Origin: Rhodosorus marinus CCMP1338
Lineage: Eukaryota > Plantae > Rhodophyta
Assembly: GCA_029953675.1 (NCBI GenBank)
Contig: JAMWBK010000001.1
Span: 2,914,001 to 2,978,000, forward strand
Length of the DNA stretch: 64,000 bases
Direction: 5' to 3'
Part shown: piece after piece, positions 48,628 through 60,303 of the stretch
How the letters are laid out: each line of letters begins with the position of its first letter
Position numbering within the stretch: position 1 is the first letter of the stretch
The notes under the pieces: generated by a model
What the model saw: the letters and a program-made list of their open reading frames with translations, nothing else
The model's database searches: none
What the model was told of the DNA's origin: nothing
Made by a program: the position numbers and the translations under genes

Positions 48628-49341
48628 CTAGTAGAGGGAAGTGGAGGATAGGAGATGGAGCTGTTTCACAAAAGCCTTTCTTCGAGCTCTGATGAGGTCA
48701 TTGTTCTGAGCCTCCACTGAATCCGTGTTGATCAGCAGCTGCGTTATCACTTCCTCTCTGACTTTCTCGTCCCCGGAGCTTACGCGAAGTGTTTCTGCCT
48801 CGGCCTCCAGCTGCTTTAGTACTCGAAATGCGCCCAACAGATTTCCCCTTCTCACCAAGAACCTCCTTAGAGCACACGCAAGGAGTGGGGCGGCAACCTC
48901 TGGGCCTGCAGTATCGGAGACTGTCGTGTCTGAAGCTCCATTGTCCGCCACTGCCCCTACTGAAACTGATTCCTGTAAAAGCGCCTCTGAAGTCTCCTCA
49001 TCTGAAGTTGCCTCGTCGGAAACTGGCTCGTCCAAGACAGTCTCGTCTGCGACCGCCTCGTCTGAGACCACCTCGTCTGAGACTGGTTCTTCAGACGCCA
49101 CCAGGTCATCGGCACTTTCGGTCTCGAGCGGAAGCTGACCAGCAGGTTCTGAAATCTCTGAGACTATGTCGTCCGCATCGTAGCCTTCCTCATCCTGCAG
49201 GAAACCTTTTTCCTTACCACCGGGCTGGTCCAAGACCTTCTGCATCCATTTCCCAACATTCTCAATCTCATCACCAACGGCACTTACCAAATAAGACTTC
49301 ATCTTGACGGCTTCTAACCCAATTCGCCCTGCCGCCTCCAC
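48628..49341 (-). CDS. BAG-domain protein with degenerate IQ-like motif and acidic SDE repeats (start uncertain; ORF begins at GTG, first ATG 49302)
   Basis: C-terminal EEVITQLLINTDSVE..NDLIRARRKAFVKQL follows the BAG helix 2-3 pattern. It is preceded by LLACALRRFLVRR and about six xxSDE/ADE units. Confidence 0.65.
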   Translation of the reverse strand: MEAAGRIGLEAVKMKSYLVSAVGDEIENVGKWMQKVLDQPGGKEKGFLQDEEGYDADDIVSEISEPAGQLPLETESADDLVASEEPVSDEVVSDEAVADETVLDEPVSDEATSDEETSEALLQESVSVGAVADNGASDTTVSDTAGPEVAAPLLACALRRFLVRRGNLLGAFRVLKQLEAEAETLRVSSGDEKVREEVITQLLINTDSVEAQNNDLIRARRKAFVKQLHLLSSTSLY

Positions 49342-49637
49342 ATCGAGGGAGCCCAGGAACTTTTTTTCCCTTCTATAAACCTTCTTGCTAAGTCATCACG
49401 ACATCGTCATGTGCCCCAATCCTTCAAACTCCTAACCATTCGCTCCGCATTGGCTGCAATGCAAGCAAATTGATTTGCAAACGGCTATCTCGGGTACGTG
49501 TTGATTCACATGGTTTTGTCTTTTTGGCTCGGCGATAAAGTGGGGTTAGTACTTTCATTGAGAGAGACCACTAACCTTAATTGTATGGTCCAGAGATATG
49601 AGACTTTGAGGTCACCTCACATTAACAGCATTGACCA

Positions 49638-50450
49638 TTAGAATCTGTAATTGTTCGAAAATCTCAGTAGAGTAGGTCGCGTGTAGGCCCTGACAGATCT
49701 TGACTTGGAACAACGAGCGCCGTGCGAGTTCATGCTATAAGTAGAGTAGGGTAAGAAGATTCCTACATTGCTAGAAGTGAGCATTGTGAAATTAACGGCT
49801 CTCAGAAGCAGAAATTGGGCCCACAACAAGTGAGAAGGGAAGACAAGGTCTAGGTCAACCTGCGTTCTGGCGGGATCGCCTTGGATCTGGCCTCATTCTA
49901 TGGATCGACTAGTACTGATCCAGTAGTGAAGATACCCCTGGCATTGCCTTTAGAATCTACAATCAGTATATCTCAATAAAGTTGCTCTCGTAGAGGGCCT
50001 GAGAACTTTTGACTTGGGATAACGGCCCCGCGAGTTCATGTCCTAGATGTTCTTAGTTGTGAGCACGAGAAAAATACCTACTGGAGTGAACATTGTGAAC
50101 ATAGCAGCTCTCAAAGCAGAAACTGGGCGTCGCAATTGATGCGAGGGTTGAGTTGCTATCAACAAGTGCCGGGAGGACAATGGTCACCCTTGCGTTCTGG
50201 CTTTACCATTAGAATCTACAATCCGCGAAATTTCAATAGTTGGTCGCGTAGAGGCCGCGAGAGGTCTTGAATTGGGATAAGAGCACTGCGAGTTTACGTT
50301 CAAATTATTTGAAGTTGAAGCGCAAGAAAATCAACATGTTAAACATGAACATTGTGGAAATAGCGCCTCTCAAAGCAGAGCTGGACACCGCAAAATTGCT
50401 CGAAGGGTTGAGTTGCCATACGCAAGGGTGGGGGGAACAAGGTCTCACTT
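49638..50450. repeat. Three diverged tandem copies of a 260-310 nt unit
   Basis: Copies start with ttagaatct at 49638, 49950 and 50209. Shared blocks: cttga(c/a)ttgg, gcgagtt(c/t)a, ga(g/a)cattgtg, ctctca(g)aagcaga. Confidence 0.85.
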
Positions 50451-50511
50451 AAGGCGTGAAGTCTGCACAGTTGAGGCGGATTTGTCTGTAAATTCTCCTT
50501 AACGTTTAGTT

Positions 50512-51858
50512 CTATACATTTCCCGTGGTGTACTGGTATATCCATACCGCGCCTCGATTTTCAGCACTAGGTATTGGCCCGGTATCCCTCATCGGGGCGC
50601 TCACCACCAAGAATCCATCCTTCACTGTAACTTTCTTCCCAAAGCTGTCCTGCTCATAGGGAGTCTTCAGCGCTAGAGGCTTGGAAGTGGTCCAAGAGTC
50701 ATCTGAACACCGGACGTAGTGGGAAAACGAACCAGCCCGGTGGGTACCCTTCACCATGTTCCCCCACTGCCCCACTGCGGCAAATTTTCCATCCGTTCCT
50801 AGCCGCTGCCCATGAAGGGCCCTCGAGGTGACCCCTTCTGGAGGGTTGAGTGGCCCCGTCTGTACCCATTTCTTACCAACTTTGCGGTATGCGTAGACCT
50901 GGCCTGTCCATCTCCCCTTATCACTGGGAGCCGTCTCCCCCCCGATCATGATAGTGGTATTGCTCATCGCGATGCCTTCCCCATAGTGTTGTTTACCGTT
51001 GCCAGGATACAGGTCCGATGGGCTCAAAACCTGGGATAGCGCCCATCGATTGCCTTTTCTGACGTATAGATACGCCGCACCTTGCCCCTTCGGTGAATGT
51101 CTTGGGGCCCCTACTAGAAGACGCCTTTCGCCTTCTCCGGGTTCAAAACCATGGAGACAAAGCTCGTCGCCGTAGAACGATACCTCATTGGGGCCTTTCA
51201 AAATCTGGACCAATTTGTATGGGTCACCCACATTTTTCGCGCGGTGGTAGACGTACACTGCCCCAGCTTGTGCTTGCTTCACCCCGCCCCGTGCGTCTAG
51301 TTTGTCCTGGTATCTCGCGCCTACACAAATGAACTGACCTGCAGCTGCTACGCCATAGCCAAACCATGCGCCTCTGTGGCCCCATCCGTTCCCAGGCGGC
51401 AGCAACTGCTGTGTTCTAATCCACTTTCTACCATTGAATACCCAAACGTCTGCGCTTCCAGACTTCTCCCCAGAAGGGTCCGCAAATGGGCGTCCCACGA
51501 TCACAGTCCTCAACGACATCGCAATATTGAGGCCATAATGGTCACCAGGTCTGCGGTCATTCGGCTTGAGAACCTGTTGAAACACCCACGTAGCGTTCGG
51601 GTGTTTCCCTTCCCGGACGAACATATACGCTGCTCCCGCGTACGCGTGCAAACCGTAAGCCCCAACCCCCATGAACTTGCCGCTCATCGCCACGCTGTGG
51701 CCGAAAAAAATGTTACCAATCCTCTTCTGCGCGACGGGGACTAACCTCTGCGGTTTCGAAAGCCGCACACGGGGACATCTCACCGAGTCCTCTCCCGCCG
51801 CGTTCAGACAAAGTCCAAGCCAGACAAGCACCATCCAAAACCTCCAAACTTTCTTCAT
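50512..51858 (-). CDS. Secreted 7-bladed FG-GAP beta-propeller protein, intronless
   Basis: Signal peptide MKKVWRFWMVLVWLGLCLNAAG. Seven repeats of [FYH]G..[VI]A.....VGA.....GAAY.[FY]. No C-terminal TM segment seen. Confidence 0.85.
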   Translation of the reverse strand: MKKVWRFWMVLVWLGLCLNAAGEDSVRCPRVRLSKPQRLVPVAQKRIGNIFFGHSVAMSGKFMGVGAYGLHAYAGAAYMFVREGKHPNATWVFQQVLKPNDRRPGDHYGLNIAMSLRTVIVGRPFADPSGEKSGSADVWVFNGRKWIRTQQLLPPGNGWGHRGAWFGYGVAAAGQFICVGARYQDKLDARGGVKQAQAGAVYVYHRAKNVGDPYKLVQILKGPNEVSFYGDELCLHGFEPGEGERRLLVGAPRHSPKGQGAAYLYVRKGNRWALSQVLSPSDLYPGNGKQHYGEGIAMSNTTIMIGGETAPSDKGRWTGQVYAYRKVGKKWVQTGPLNPPEGVTSRALHGQRLGTDGKFAAVGQWGNMVKGTHRAGSFSHYVRCSDDSWTTSKPLALKTPYEQDSFGKKVTVKDGFLVVSAPMRDTGPIPSAENRGAVWIYQYTTGNV

Positions 51859-53285
51859 CTCAAAACACACAATCAAATCAAAGCCGTTCATCTACAACCC
51901 CTTTCTCACACCATCCCAACCCTCCCCTCCCCCGCCCCTACCGCCATCCGCCTCAACCCTGTCCCCTTTATCCTACCTAAGTATCTCCATCCAATTTGGA
52001 GTCATCCATCATCCAAGTATGACAGAAAACTCCTCTGAAATACAGCTCCAGTCATACGTCTCGAAGTTTTTTCTTTTTTTCATTATTTGCCTGTTCTCTG
52101 TCCCTTCATCTGACTTGACGTATTTCGCTCCCCGCAAACCTATGTAAAAATAAAGAATTATTACCGTTTTGTAGAATATAATTAAAAGGCGAATATCGTC
52201 CCGAAACTCTTTAACCCCCTACTATAGAAATATATTGGTCCAATCAATGTAGTTTTTTTGTATTTAAATATTATATTTGATGGTTTATAGTAGGGGTAGA
52301 AGCTTTGGGAGCTTTTCTTTATGCTGAACGGATGGGAATCATCAATGAAACGGCTACGACGTGGATTTGTTTTTAACTACTTTTACGTCTGGTTTAAGGG
52401 GTCCTTTGGATTTTGGTATTTGGAAAAAAATCTGGGCGGAGTGGACGCTCATCATCTGTGGTTGAAGACAGGGATGGAGAGCTTCTTGGTTGGGCAAGGT
52501 TTGCATCGGCAACGTTCTAGTGGAAAACGTATGTACTCTGTGAGGGTAGCGAGAGTCTATACGCACGACGACGTATCGACCAGCAAAAGTTCGAAAAGGG
52601 TATCCAAATACAAAGTAGATCCCTAAATGCACCAAAACCTCGGTTAGGAATGCGTTTTTTTTTGTCCTTAGCCGATGGTAGGAAACTAGTATTTTGATCT
52701 TCTAACGACGCTCAGCAGTCCAGAACAACTTTAGAAGATTCTGGCCTTAAATCGGGACGATTTCACGCGATTGTACCGATGAAACCCTTCCAACGAAAAT
52801 CGACGGAGGAGGGGGGGGGGGGGTTGGTCCGATAGTGCCACAGTCAGTGGTTGGCAGTGAAGATCCGAACAGTCCCACTGCCGTACACGGAGCACTCTCC
52901 AGCCATCGAATAAAGTGCTCGAATAACCTCTCCTGCAAGGGTGATCCTTTGTAATCCTAGTTCGGATTCGAACAGGTGTCATCCGTAAGAACTTCTCCGG
53001 GAGATTCTCGATTCGTCTAGATCTTTGCCGTCCCTCGTGAACTGTAGGTTTCCTGGTAGCCAGATCTCCATATGAACCCAGACCAGAGCTAGCCAGCTTC
53101 GACCAAAGTTCAAGACTCACGTCATCAAAGCTCGTAGTATATTGTCGAAAGGCGATAAAAATAAAACAAAAAAAAACTCGAAACAAACTCTGCATAAAGC
53201 TAAAAAAAAACTCATCACCAAACTCCTCTCCCCCCCAACCGCCTCCCACCCACCAAGAGCATTGCAAGTGCTGCCCCTGCCTGTG

Positions 53286-53335
53286 GCGGACTACCAGAAT
53301 GAAGAGCACCGTGTTGCTTCATTCAGGTAGTCCGC
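53286..53335. other. Near-perfect 19-bp hairpin
   Basis: GCGGACTACC-A-GAATGAAG / CTTCATTC-A-GGTAGTCCGC with one A:A mismatch and a 12-nt loop that can pair further. Confidence 0.8.
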
Positions 53336-53857
53336 GGTGACCTCGCTGTCACCATCGAAGAAAAGCCGTCTTGCTAAGTCTGTTGATCATGATGAACATG
53401 CATGCTGTTCCCAATACCCAGGCCTGCTGCGGAATGCCGTGGGGCTGCCGCCGTTGCTCTCGGACTTCACAATGGCGTGAAATACGCGTAGAATTTTATC
53501 CACCCCGGAAGTTCAAGCCTTAACTTTAGCCCATGGCTTGGTACCCTCGGCAATTGAGTGTTTTGGGTCCATGGATTCACTCGGGTTCATGAGCGCACCG
53601 ACCGGCTCTCCTCCCGGTGTACTAGTTTAAGTTTCCTGTTCCCGTTAATTAACGAGCTTAAGATGTTGGAGGCCCGCGCGGTTTAAGGCTTCAGTAGTCT
53701 GGTAGCATGTTTATCCCTCAGGATATCTCCAGTTGGTTGCAATAGCTTCTATTGATGTTGAAAAGAATCTGACAAGTTCAGTCAATAAAGAACACCACTA
53801 ATAGTAATTATTCCTAAACATATAATATATATAATAATTATTCCTCCCCTACCTAAT

Positions 53858-53929
53858 TCCTTCGTAGTCTAGTGGTTAGGATAGCGGTCTCTCACACCGT
53901 TGGCCCGGGTTCGATTCCCGGCGGGGGAA
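53858..53929 (+). tRNA. trnE-CUC: tRNA-Glu (anticodon CUC), intronless
   Basis: Acceptor stem TCCTTCG/CGGGGGA, D-loop AGTGGTTAGGAT, anticodon arm GCGGT-CTCTCAC-ACCGT, T-arm CCGGG-TTCGATT-CCCGG. Confidence 0.95.
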
Positions 53930-53933
53930 TAAG

Positions 53934-53938
53934 TTTTT
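53934..53938 (+). terminator. Pol III oligo-dT terminator of tRNA-Glu
   Basis: TTTTT starting 5 nt downstream of the discriminator base. Confidence 0.7.
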
Positions 53939-54705
53939 CTCATTTTGTCTTTTCGCGTGGCAACCAGTGTTGTGCCGCGACCAAGCGAGCGGCGCTTGTT
54001 TACGTACCAAGACTCCACCGGAAGAACAAACCAGCGTAAGAGCGAATATTACGATGTGAAGTGTTTCATGTTTCAGCACTCAGTGGATCAGGTTGCTGGG
54101 AGTTGGTTGCTTTGTCAACTTGTCACCAAAGGTTTCTCAAGCAGCTGATCCAGGTCACTGATCATGGGACACTGAACTGCAGCAGTGGGTAGTCGTCCGC
54201 ACACTAGTTCAGTGAGGACCCCGGTAGATTCTGGGAGCTCAGAATTCGACTGTATAGGAGCTGAACGCGGGAGGGGTTGCCGAGCGTACCAATGTCGGAA
54301 GGACGGACCGCCCACCGCTAGCTGCACCGGAGGAAGTTCGGGTGAAAACGCTTCGCCATCTCCAACTAAGGCTGTTGGAGCAACATGGGGCTGAGCGAAC
54401 GATTCCATCGGGACACTTCTTAAAAACCTGATGCAGTCAGTCAAATTCCTTTGTTTCCGCTAGATACGCCATCAGCGTTGGGGCGGCTCCGTGAGACTGG
54501 TCAACCACTTCAGCTTGGCAGTTAGACCACCAAGGTGAGCTACCAAGAGCGGGTCAGAGCCGAGGGACTCAATGGGGTTGAGATTTTGTCTCGCTCAGGA
54601 GGGTTCCAAAGTTTAATGAATGGGTTAGTCTAGATAAAGCAGATGCGAAAAGACTTCCAGCGCTGCTCTTCAGGATTTGTCAGGATTGAGTAATTCAGGG
54701 AAGCC

Positions 54706-55981
54706 TTATATTAGCATCTTCGCTTTTCTCGGCCGCTTCGTCTTCTCCACGAAGTAACTCTCCGCATCGGCCGAGGTGACTAGCGCGGCACGCAGTCTCC
54801 GCCCTAGTAAGTACGCAAGGTGGAGCTTATCTGCTGCTTCGACGGCCTCATCAGCGCTGAGGAACTCGATACACGCTAGGCCTAGGTGGTTGCCGTCGTG
54901 CGTTTTGTACCTTTTTACTCCCAATACACTCCCCAGATGGCCAGCGTACTCAGCGATTGTCTCCGGTGACATCAACGCGGGTATCCTACCGACCATGACT
55001 TTCCTGGACGCACCTGCCCCTCTCCTCTCTGAAAACGCAAAGCGTTAGAAGTAGACTTTTTAGATGCTTCAAATAGACAAACTTTAGTGTTCGTACAGAT
55101 CCCAATACGTACCCTCCATGAGCAAGAGACTGATCGTCTCTGGAGGTCTGTAGGTAAAAAGCTCGTCTTTAACCACTGGAGCCGTTTTTATAAATCTCAC
55201 TCCGTTAAGCTCCTTCACTGCACGATCCGCTTGATCCGCTGTTTTAAAAACGGCCTGGGCTCTACCTGTCAGGTCAAGCCAGTGGAAGGGAACCAAAAAC
55301 GTCAACGCGGGCTCGTAGGAAAGCAAACTTCAGTGGGATCTAAGCCGCGGGTACCAGAGTGTAAATCTGTCAACGGATCGAAGTCCAGAAGATCCAGATG
55401 TTCAACTTCACCGACGATCTGAAGCTTCTCAATGATTTCTTCCCTCTTGGAGTTTTTCGGAATGCCTGCAATGTAAACTCGCCTATAAAAAAAGTTCCCA
55501 AGATCGAACCAATGTGGGCAAATCAGAACTGTTGTTTCAGTTTCAACTAAAGGGCTCACACTCACTTTCGTACATCTCCTTCCGGAAAATCAACGCCTTC
55601 ATACACGCTTCTAACAAGCCTTCTATCCTTTGACATGTCCAATTCCAATTGGATTTTCCGCCATTCAAAGTCTTCAATCACTACTCTACTCTGCTGAATC
55701 GGTTTCGTCACGGACACAGTCTTTTTAACATCCATCATCTTCTCCTCTCTCCGACCATCGGTATCTACATCACCAGACAACCAACGTTTCAACTAAATAA
55801 AAACCGTAAAAATTCAATTCAGTCACAAAACTATTTCCTTCAAGAAAACCTAAACCAAACCCCCTCCTCCTCCTCATCAACAACCCAAAAAAAAAAAAAA
55901 CCTTACCCCCTCACCACTAACTCTCACGTGGTGACCCACCCGAGCAGATCGCTGACGAACAAGATGACCAACGTTCAACAT
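54706..55981 (-). CDS. RRM-array gene 1: two divergent RRMs, predicted mitochondrial presequence
   Basis: Exon 1 55981-55907 MLNVGHLVRQRSARVGHHVRVSGEG|LKRWLS. RRM-a RVYIAGIP..GRAQAVF..AVKELNG; RRM-b KVMVGRIP..LGLACIEF...LLGRRLRA. All joins GT-AG. Confidence 0.8.
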
Positions 55982-56284
55982 CTTTCCTTTTCCTAACTAA
56001 ATATTCATTTCATAAAAAAACTCAAATACCTTTTTCTTCAACCATTATTTGCCCGCCTCTCAAGTCTTCCATTGTCATCCCTCAAGTCTTCTATCCACAT
56101 CCCTCTTCGGTGCTCCCTTAAGGGAGGAGACCCCTCATGGAGGAGACCCTCACGGATGAGGGATTCTCTCAAGGCGAAGCCTTGAGAGGGACGGTGGTGA
56201 TGAGTATGGATGTAGAAGAATCCAAGGCTACGCCTTGGGCAGGAAGAGGGCATGGAATGATTTTGAATTTTTGTTTTCTATATG

Positions 56285-57565
56285 TTAGATGTCAGTATCG
56301 TCGTTTGAAATCTCTTCGTCGTCATGGTTTGAGGAGTCGTTTCGCCGTAACGAGGCTTCCAAGGTTCGGGAGAAGGCTCTCATCCCGTCAAGGGCGTTTC
56401 TCGCTGTGACTGCCTCTGCTCTGTTTTTAAATTGGATGTGAAAGTTGCCGGTGGGCCGGCCGGTCTTTGTTCTCTCCTCCTTCACAAAGTTAACCATACC
56501 CACACGCTTGGCTACCCTCGCGACCATCCTCGTGTCGAAGGCTGGCGGGCAGTTTCTGAGAATCAGTTCCTTCTCAAGAGCCCTCTGCACCTCATCTTGA
56601 TTTCCAAGAAGCGGGACGGATTTGTCAGTGGGGATGGAGCAACTCGATGATGGCAGTAAATTTATACCTCGTATCCGAATCTTCTCCTCCATGAATCTTT
56701 TCTCAGGCATCTTCACATTGACTTGTCCAACCGGCGGCAAGATGGTTCTAGCAAGCTCCTTCAAGTTGTAATTGACAGGGCCAAGCTCTCTGGAAACAAA
56801 AACCACTGACTCATCCAGCTTGGTGTTGGAGAGGTACCTCACCGCATCCTTGGCTTCTTCATCGTTGCTAAACTGGACGTGACATGTACCTAATCGTGAG
56901 GACGGACGGTCGTATAATTAAGCACAGCTGAAGGAGATATGAAACTCTCATGAGGAAGAAGACTACAACGCACAGTGTCCTGTCTCTCTCATCATGTCGA
57001 AGTCAATTCTGTAAACGGTGCCGATCCGTGAAGCCCAGGCTTTTATCAGCTGCAGCGACGTTTCCGGGTTGAAGTTGCGCACCTGGACGGTTGCCGTCCT
57101 AATGAAAGTTTTCAGCTTAGGCAACGTCCTCTTTGGCTCCGAACGTGACAGAGCTTCTCTTGGTCTTGGTCCGCAACTTACTGATTAACCTTTGTGAACT
57201 TTGGATGGACATAGTTACGTCTCCCTCCCTGGATGGATCTGAAAGTGGTCTCCTTCCTGGCAATGGAGTTATTTCCGTCAAGCTCAACTCAGTTCAGGTG
57301 ATCCTGGGACGAAGAAGAAGAAGAAGAAGCAGTCGCTTACATATTACGGTCTCGAACATGTTCAACACCCTCAGAGAACTTTTCAGAGAACGACAAGAAC
57401 GGGGTATGTCAAAACCACAAGAAAAATCAGAAGATCGTCTAGGAAGTCACGTCAACTCACCTGACAGAGACGACGGACAGGCACACCACCAGGAGCGTAA
57501 CATCCTACGGTTCTACCTGAAAAAGGTAGTAGCTGTGAACGGAGAAGACCTCGTAAAGATTCCAT
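56285..57565 (-). CDS. RRM-array gene 2: two divergent RRMs, predicted mitochondrial presequence
   Basis: Exon 1 57565-57461 MESLRGLLRSQLLPFSGRTVGCYAPGGVPVRRLCQ. RRM-a TVQVRNFNPE..CHVQFSNDEEAKDAVRYL; RRM-b ELILRNCPP..TGNFHIQF..ARNALDG...RTLEAS. Confidence 0.78.
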
Positions 57566-58771
57566 TCCGATATTCCATCCACTTGCCGTCATCCTTCTCA
57601 ACCAATCGATGTTTCCCGTTCTGAACTTTTAAGCAGCAGTTGCACTTCGGCTACCAGATGAACGACGGAAGCGTTTACCGCATGCTGTGGAAGGCGAACA
57701 ATCTTTAGCTTCTCGAAGATGGATTCTTCATTGTGTACTTTACAGCTGGTCAGTCGGTGAGCCCAAGACTTTGACGCTTCATTTCTTATCGTCGTTCCCA
57801 CAGTGATATAGTCATCGTCGGTGGCTGTGCAACGGGGAGGATGGTCGATCATCCTACAAGTGGGATAGCTTCATAGCAAGTCGCAAGAAGGTTGCGCCTG
57901 AAGAGGTTGCTGGACTCCTGGGGAAGCATGTGTTTTCTTTGTTCCGGCTAACCCAGCAGTATCGCAAGATTCACCGAAGCAACGAAACCTCCACGCTTCA
58001 CCAAGAGTTCAGCAACCTCTGCCGACATGACGACCCCAGAGAGGCAATTTAGGAATTGAAAGGACAGAGCAATGAGAAGGACAGGAGGAGAAGGCTAACT
58101 GCTGCGCGGGATGGAGGTTTACAGATTACTCTTCTCCTTGTCCAAGTTGAAGGGCCTGAGGATGTGGGAGTTACCAAGTAGCGGGCACCTAGCGCTATTC
58201 AATGAAAGTCCCATTCAGATAAAAAGGATAGAATATCCTCTTCATATATGAAGCATGAGTAGCGTAACAAGGGAACATGGAAGCTGTACAAGAAGAAAAG
58301 ACAGTCACGGAATGAACCACCCAAGATTTCGGGCCCCGTGGACCACCGTGCCGTAAAAGACGTAGCTGAAATTGACAATTATGTTGGGTCGAAGCCGAGG
58401 CGGGCCGAAGAGGTTGGTCTCCGTCGGCCTCGAACCCGTTGAGACTCCTGGATCCGTACTGAGACCTATACTTCTGTTCGTATATCAATTGAATACTCGA
58501 CTGTACATTCGTAGTTTATAGCTGAACAAGTACTGCTGGTATTCAGCTGTATACCGAGGTAAAAAAACGGTCTTATGGTATCAACGATTTCGCTAGACTC
58601 TAGACTTGTTCTGCGTAGGGGTCAAATCCAAGCCCTTCTACTGTTGGAGAGCGCGTGGGATAGACTTTCCTGTCATGACCAGACCCCATCGTCTAGCCTC
58701 TACGCTGGGTGATCTGGTCTCGTCACGGGAATCCTGTCTACAGTGATCATCTGAGACAACGGCCGCGAGTG

Positions 58772-60303
58772 CTATCGACTAGCGCTTCTTCTCTTTTCCT
58801 CTTCTTCCTCTTCCGAACGATCCCCCGGTACCCAAAATTCTGCTTGATCGATTGTGTCTTCATCTCTACTTGAACCAATCTTCGTAGGATTCGTCGCCAC
58901 GGTGGATCCTGTCGCAGGCGCCGGTTGCGAGTACAGCCTTGTCTGGTCTGGATTCCCACGAGGTGGGTACTCCGCTGTACTGAATTCCACATCGATGTTC
59001 CCGAACGTCCTCCGCTCCCCCGTTCGCGTTTTGAAGTTGCGAGGTCTGTCAAGGTCAGGGACGTTTGCTTTGGACACGGGCTTTCGTTCAACTGCGCTTG
59101 AGTTGTCATTCCCCACCTCTTTATGAGGCGCCGCACGGCCGGCAGTGGAGTTTGTGAGCTCTACCAACTGCTCTCGAGCAACCGACCTCTTCACAGCTCG
59201 AGTGCTCATCTTTTCATGCATTATCATCTTCCTAGCCCTTTCGCCGGAGACCATCAGATTCTCAAACGCAGTCTCATAATCTCTAGCCGCCAGCTTCCAT
59301 AGTCCAATTCTATAACCATCGCGGAGCCAGTCTCGAAGACGGTCTCTGCTCTTAACATCTTTCATAATGAAGATCGCTCTTTGGATTCTGCTGACTCGCT
59401 CCGTGTAGACTGGTTTCATGATAAACTTGGGTCTGCCCACTGAAGCCAAAAAGTCACGCATCTTATCGTGCTGGAACGGATTCGGAACTCCATGAACGAG
59501 AAGCGATCTGCGTGTCAGCTCGACGTCTGGAATCTCTCCCGTGTCTGCTTTGGAGGAAGACAAGTCCAGTAGTTAGACAGCATGGACGGCTCGGATGAAA
59601 GCGCTTGGTTTTCAAGTTGCTCACAATTTTCTGGGAAGCACAGATCATTGGTAATGGCTGAACATGTTTCAAGCCTGTATTCAGTCAACGTTTTGGGATC
59701 TTTGTAGACGAGTCCCTCTCTGAGAGCTTGACTCGCTGCGTCTTGTGTGGCGTACTCGACTGCAAGAAATCGTTCTACGCTTATATACCAAAAGGGAATT
59801 TTAAGGTTCGGAACGATCGTGGTCGCCATAGCTTTAGCCTTTTTCGTGAGTCGAGGGTGATTACCGTGCGGGTTTTCAACGAGAAAATTGGTGCCGGAGA
59901 ATGCCTCTGCAACACCGACGTACTTTTGCACTCTTTGTATTACATCGTATGGGGTGATCTCCTCAGGAAAATTGATAACCTTTACAACCCTTGGAGTGTA
60001 AGATTTCAAAGAGATTCAGGCGGAGGAAGCAAAAGCTTTTGCATGACTGCCGAGCACTAGCTTTGGTTTACCGTTTCATAACCTTGCGATGCCGGTGAAG
60101 AAGTTCTTCATACTGTCCATCGCAAACAAAAACAGAATCGGCGAATGGATCAGAAGAGCCCAAAAATCCAAGACTTAGAGCCATATCCGGTGGCTTACCT
60201 CGGGGAGTTCATCAGAGTTCAACACGAAATCAATTCCTGAGAGCCTACGCGATAGTCCGATCCCATCGTACTTCCGCAAAGCCCTGCGGAATACTCTCAA
60301 CAT
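58772..60303 (-). CDS. RRM-array gene 3: two highly divergent RRM-like domains, long charged tail, predicted mitochondrial presequence
   Basis: Exon 1 60303-60199 MLRVFRRALRKYDGIGLSRRLSGIDFVLNSDELPE. VVKVINFPEEIT...FLAVEYATQDAASQAL; SLLVHGVPNPF..RAIFIMKD. Confidence 0.68.

Noticed and set aside
52670-52790. Ubiquitin-like remnant (GRKLVF*...TTLEDSGLKSG) on the + strand
   Set aside because: Short match with an internal stop and no wider ubiquitin-fold pattern; likely chance.
52945-52975. Second tRNA (GTTCGAATCC on the minus strand)
   Set aside because: No T-stem pairing or cloverleaf around it.
52731-53309. Sixth RRM gene (RIENLPEKF) in the 192-aa ORF
   Set aside because: No helix-1, RNP1 or terminal strand pattern follows, and the first third is intron-like T/G-rich sequence.
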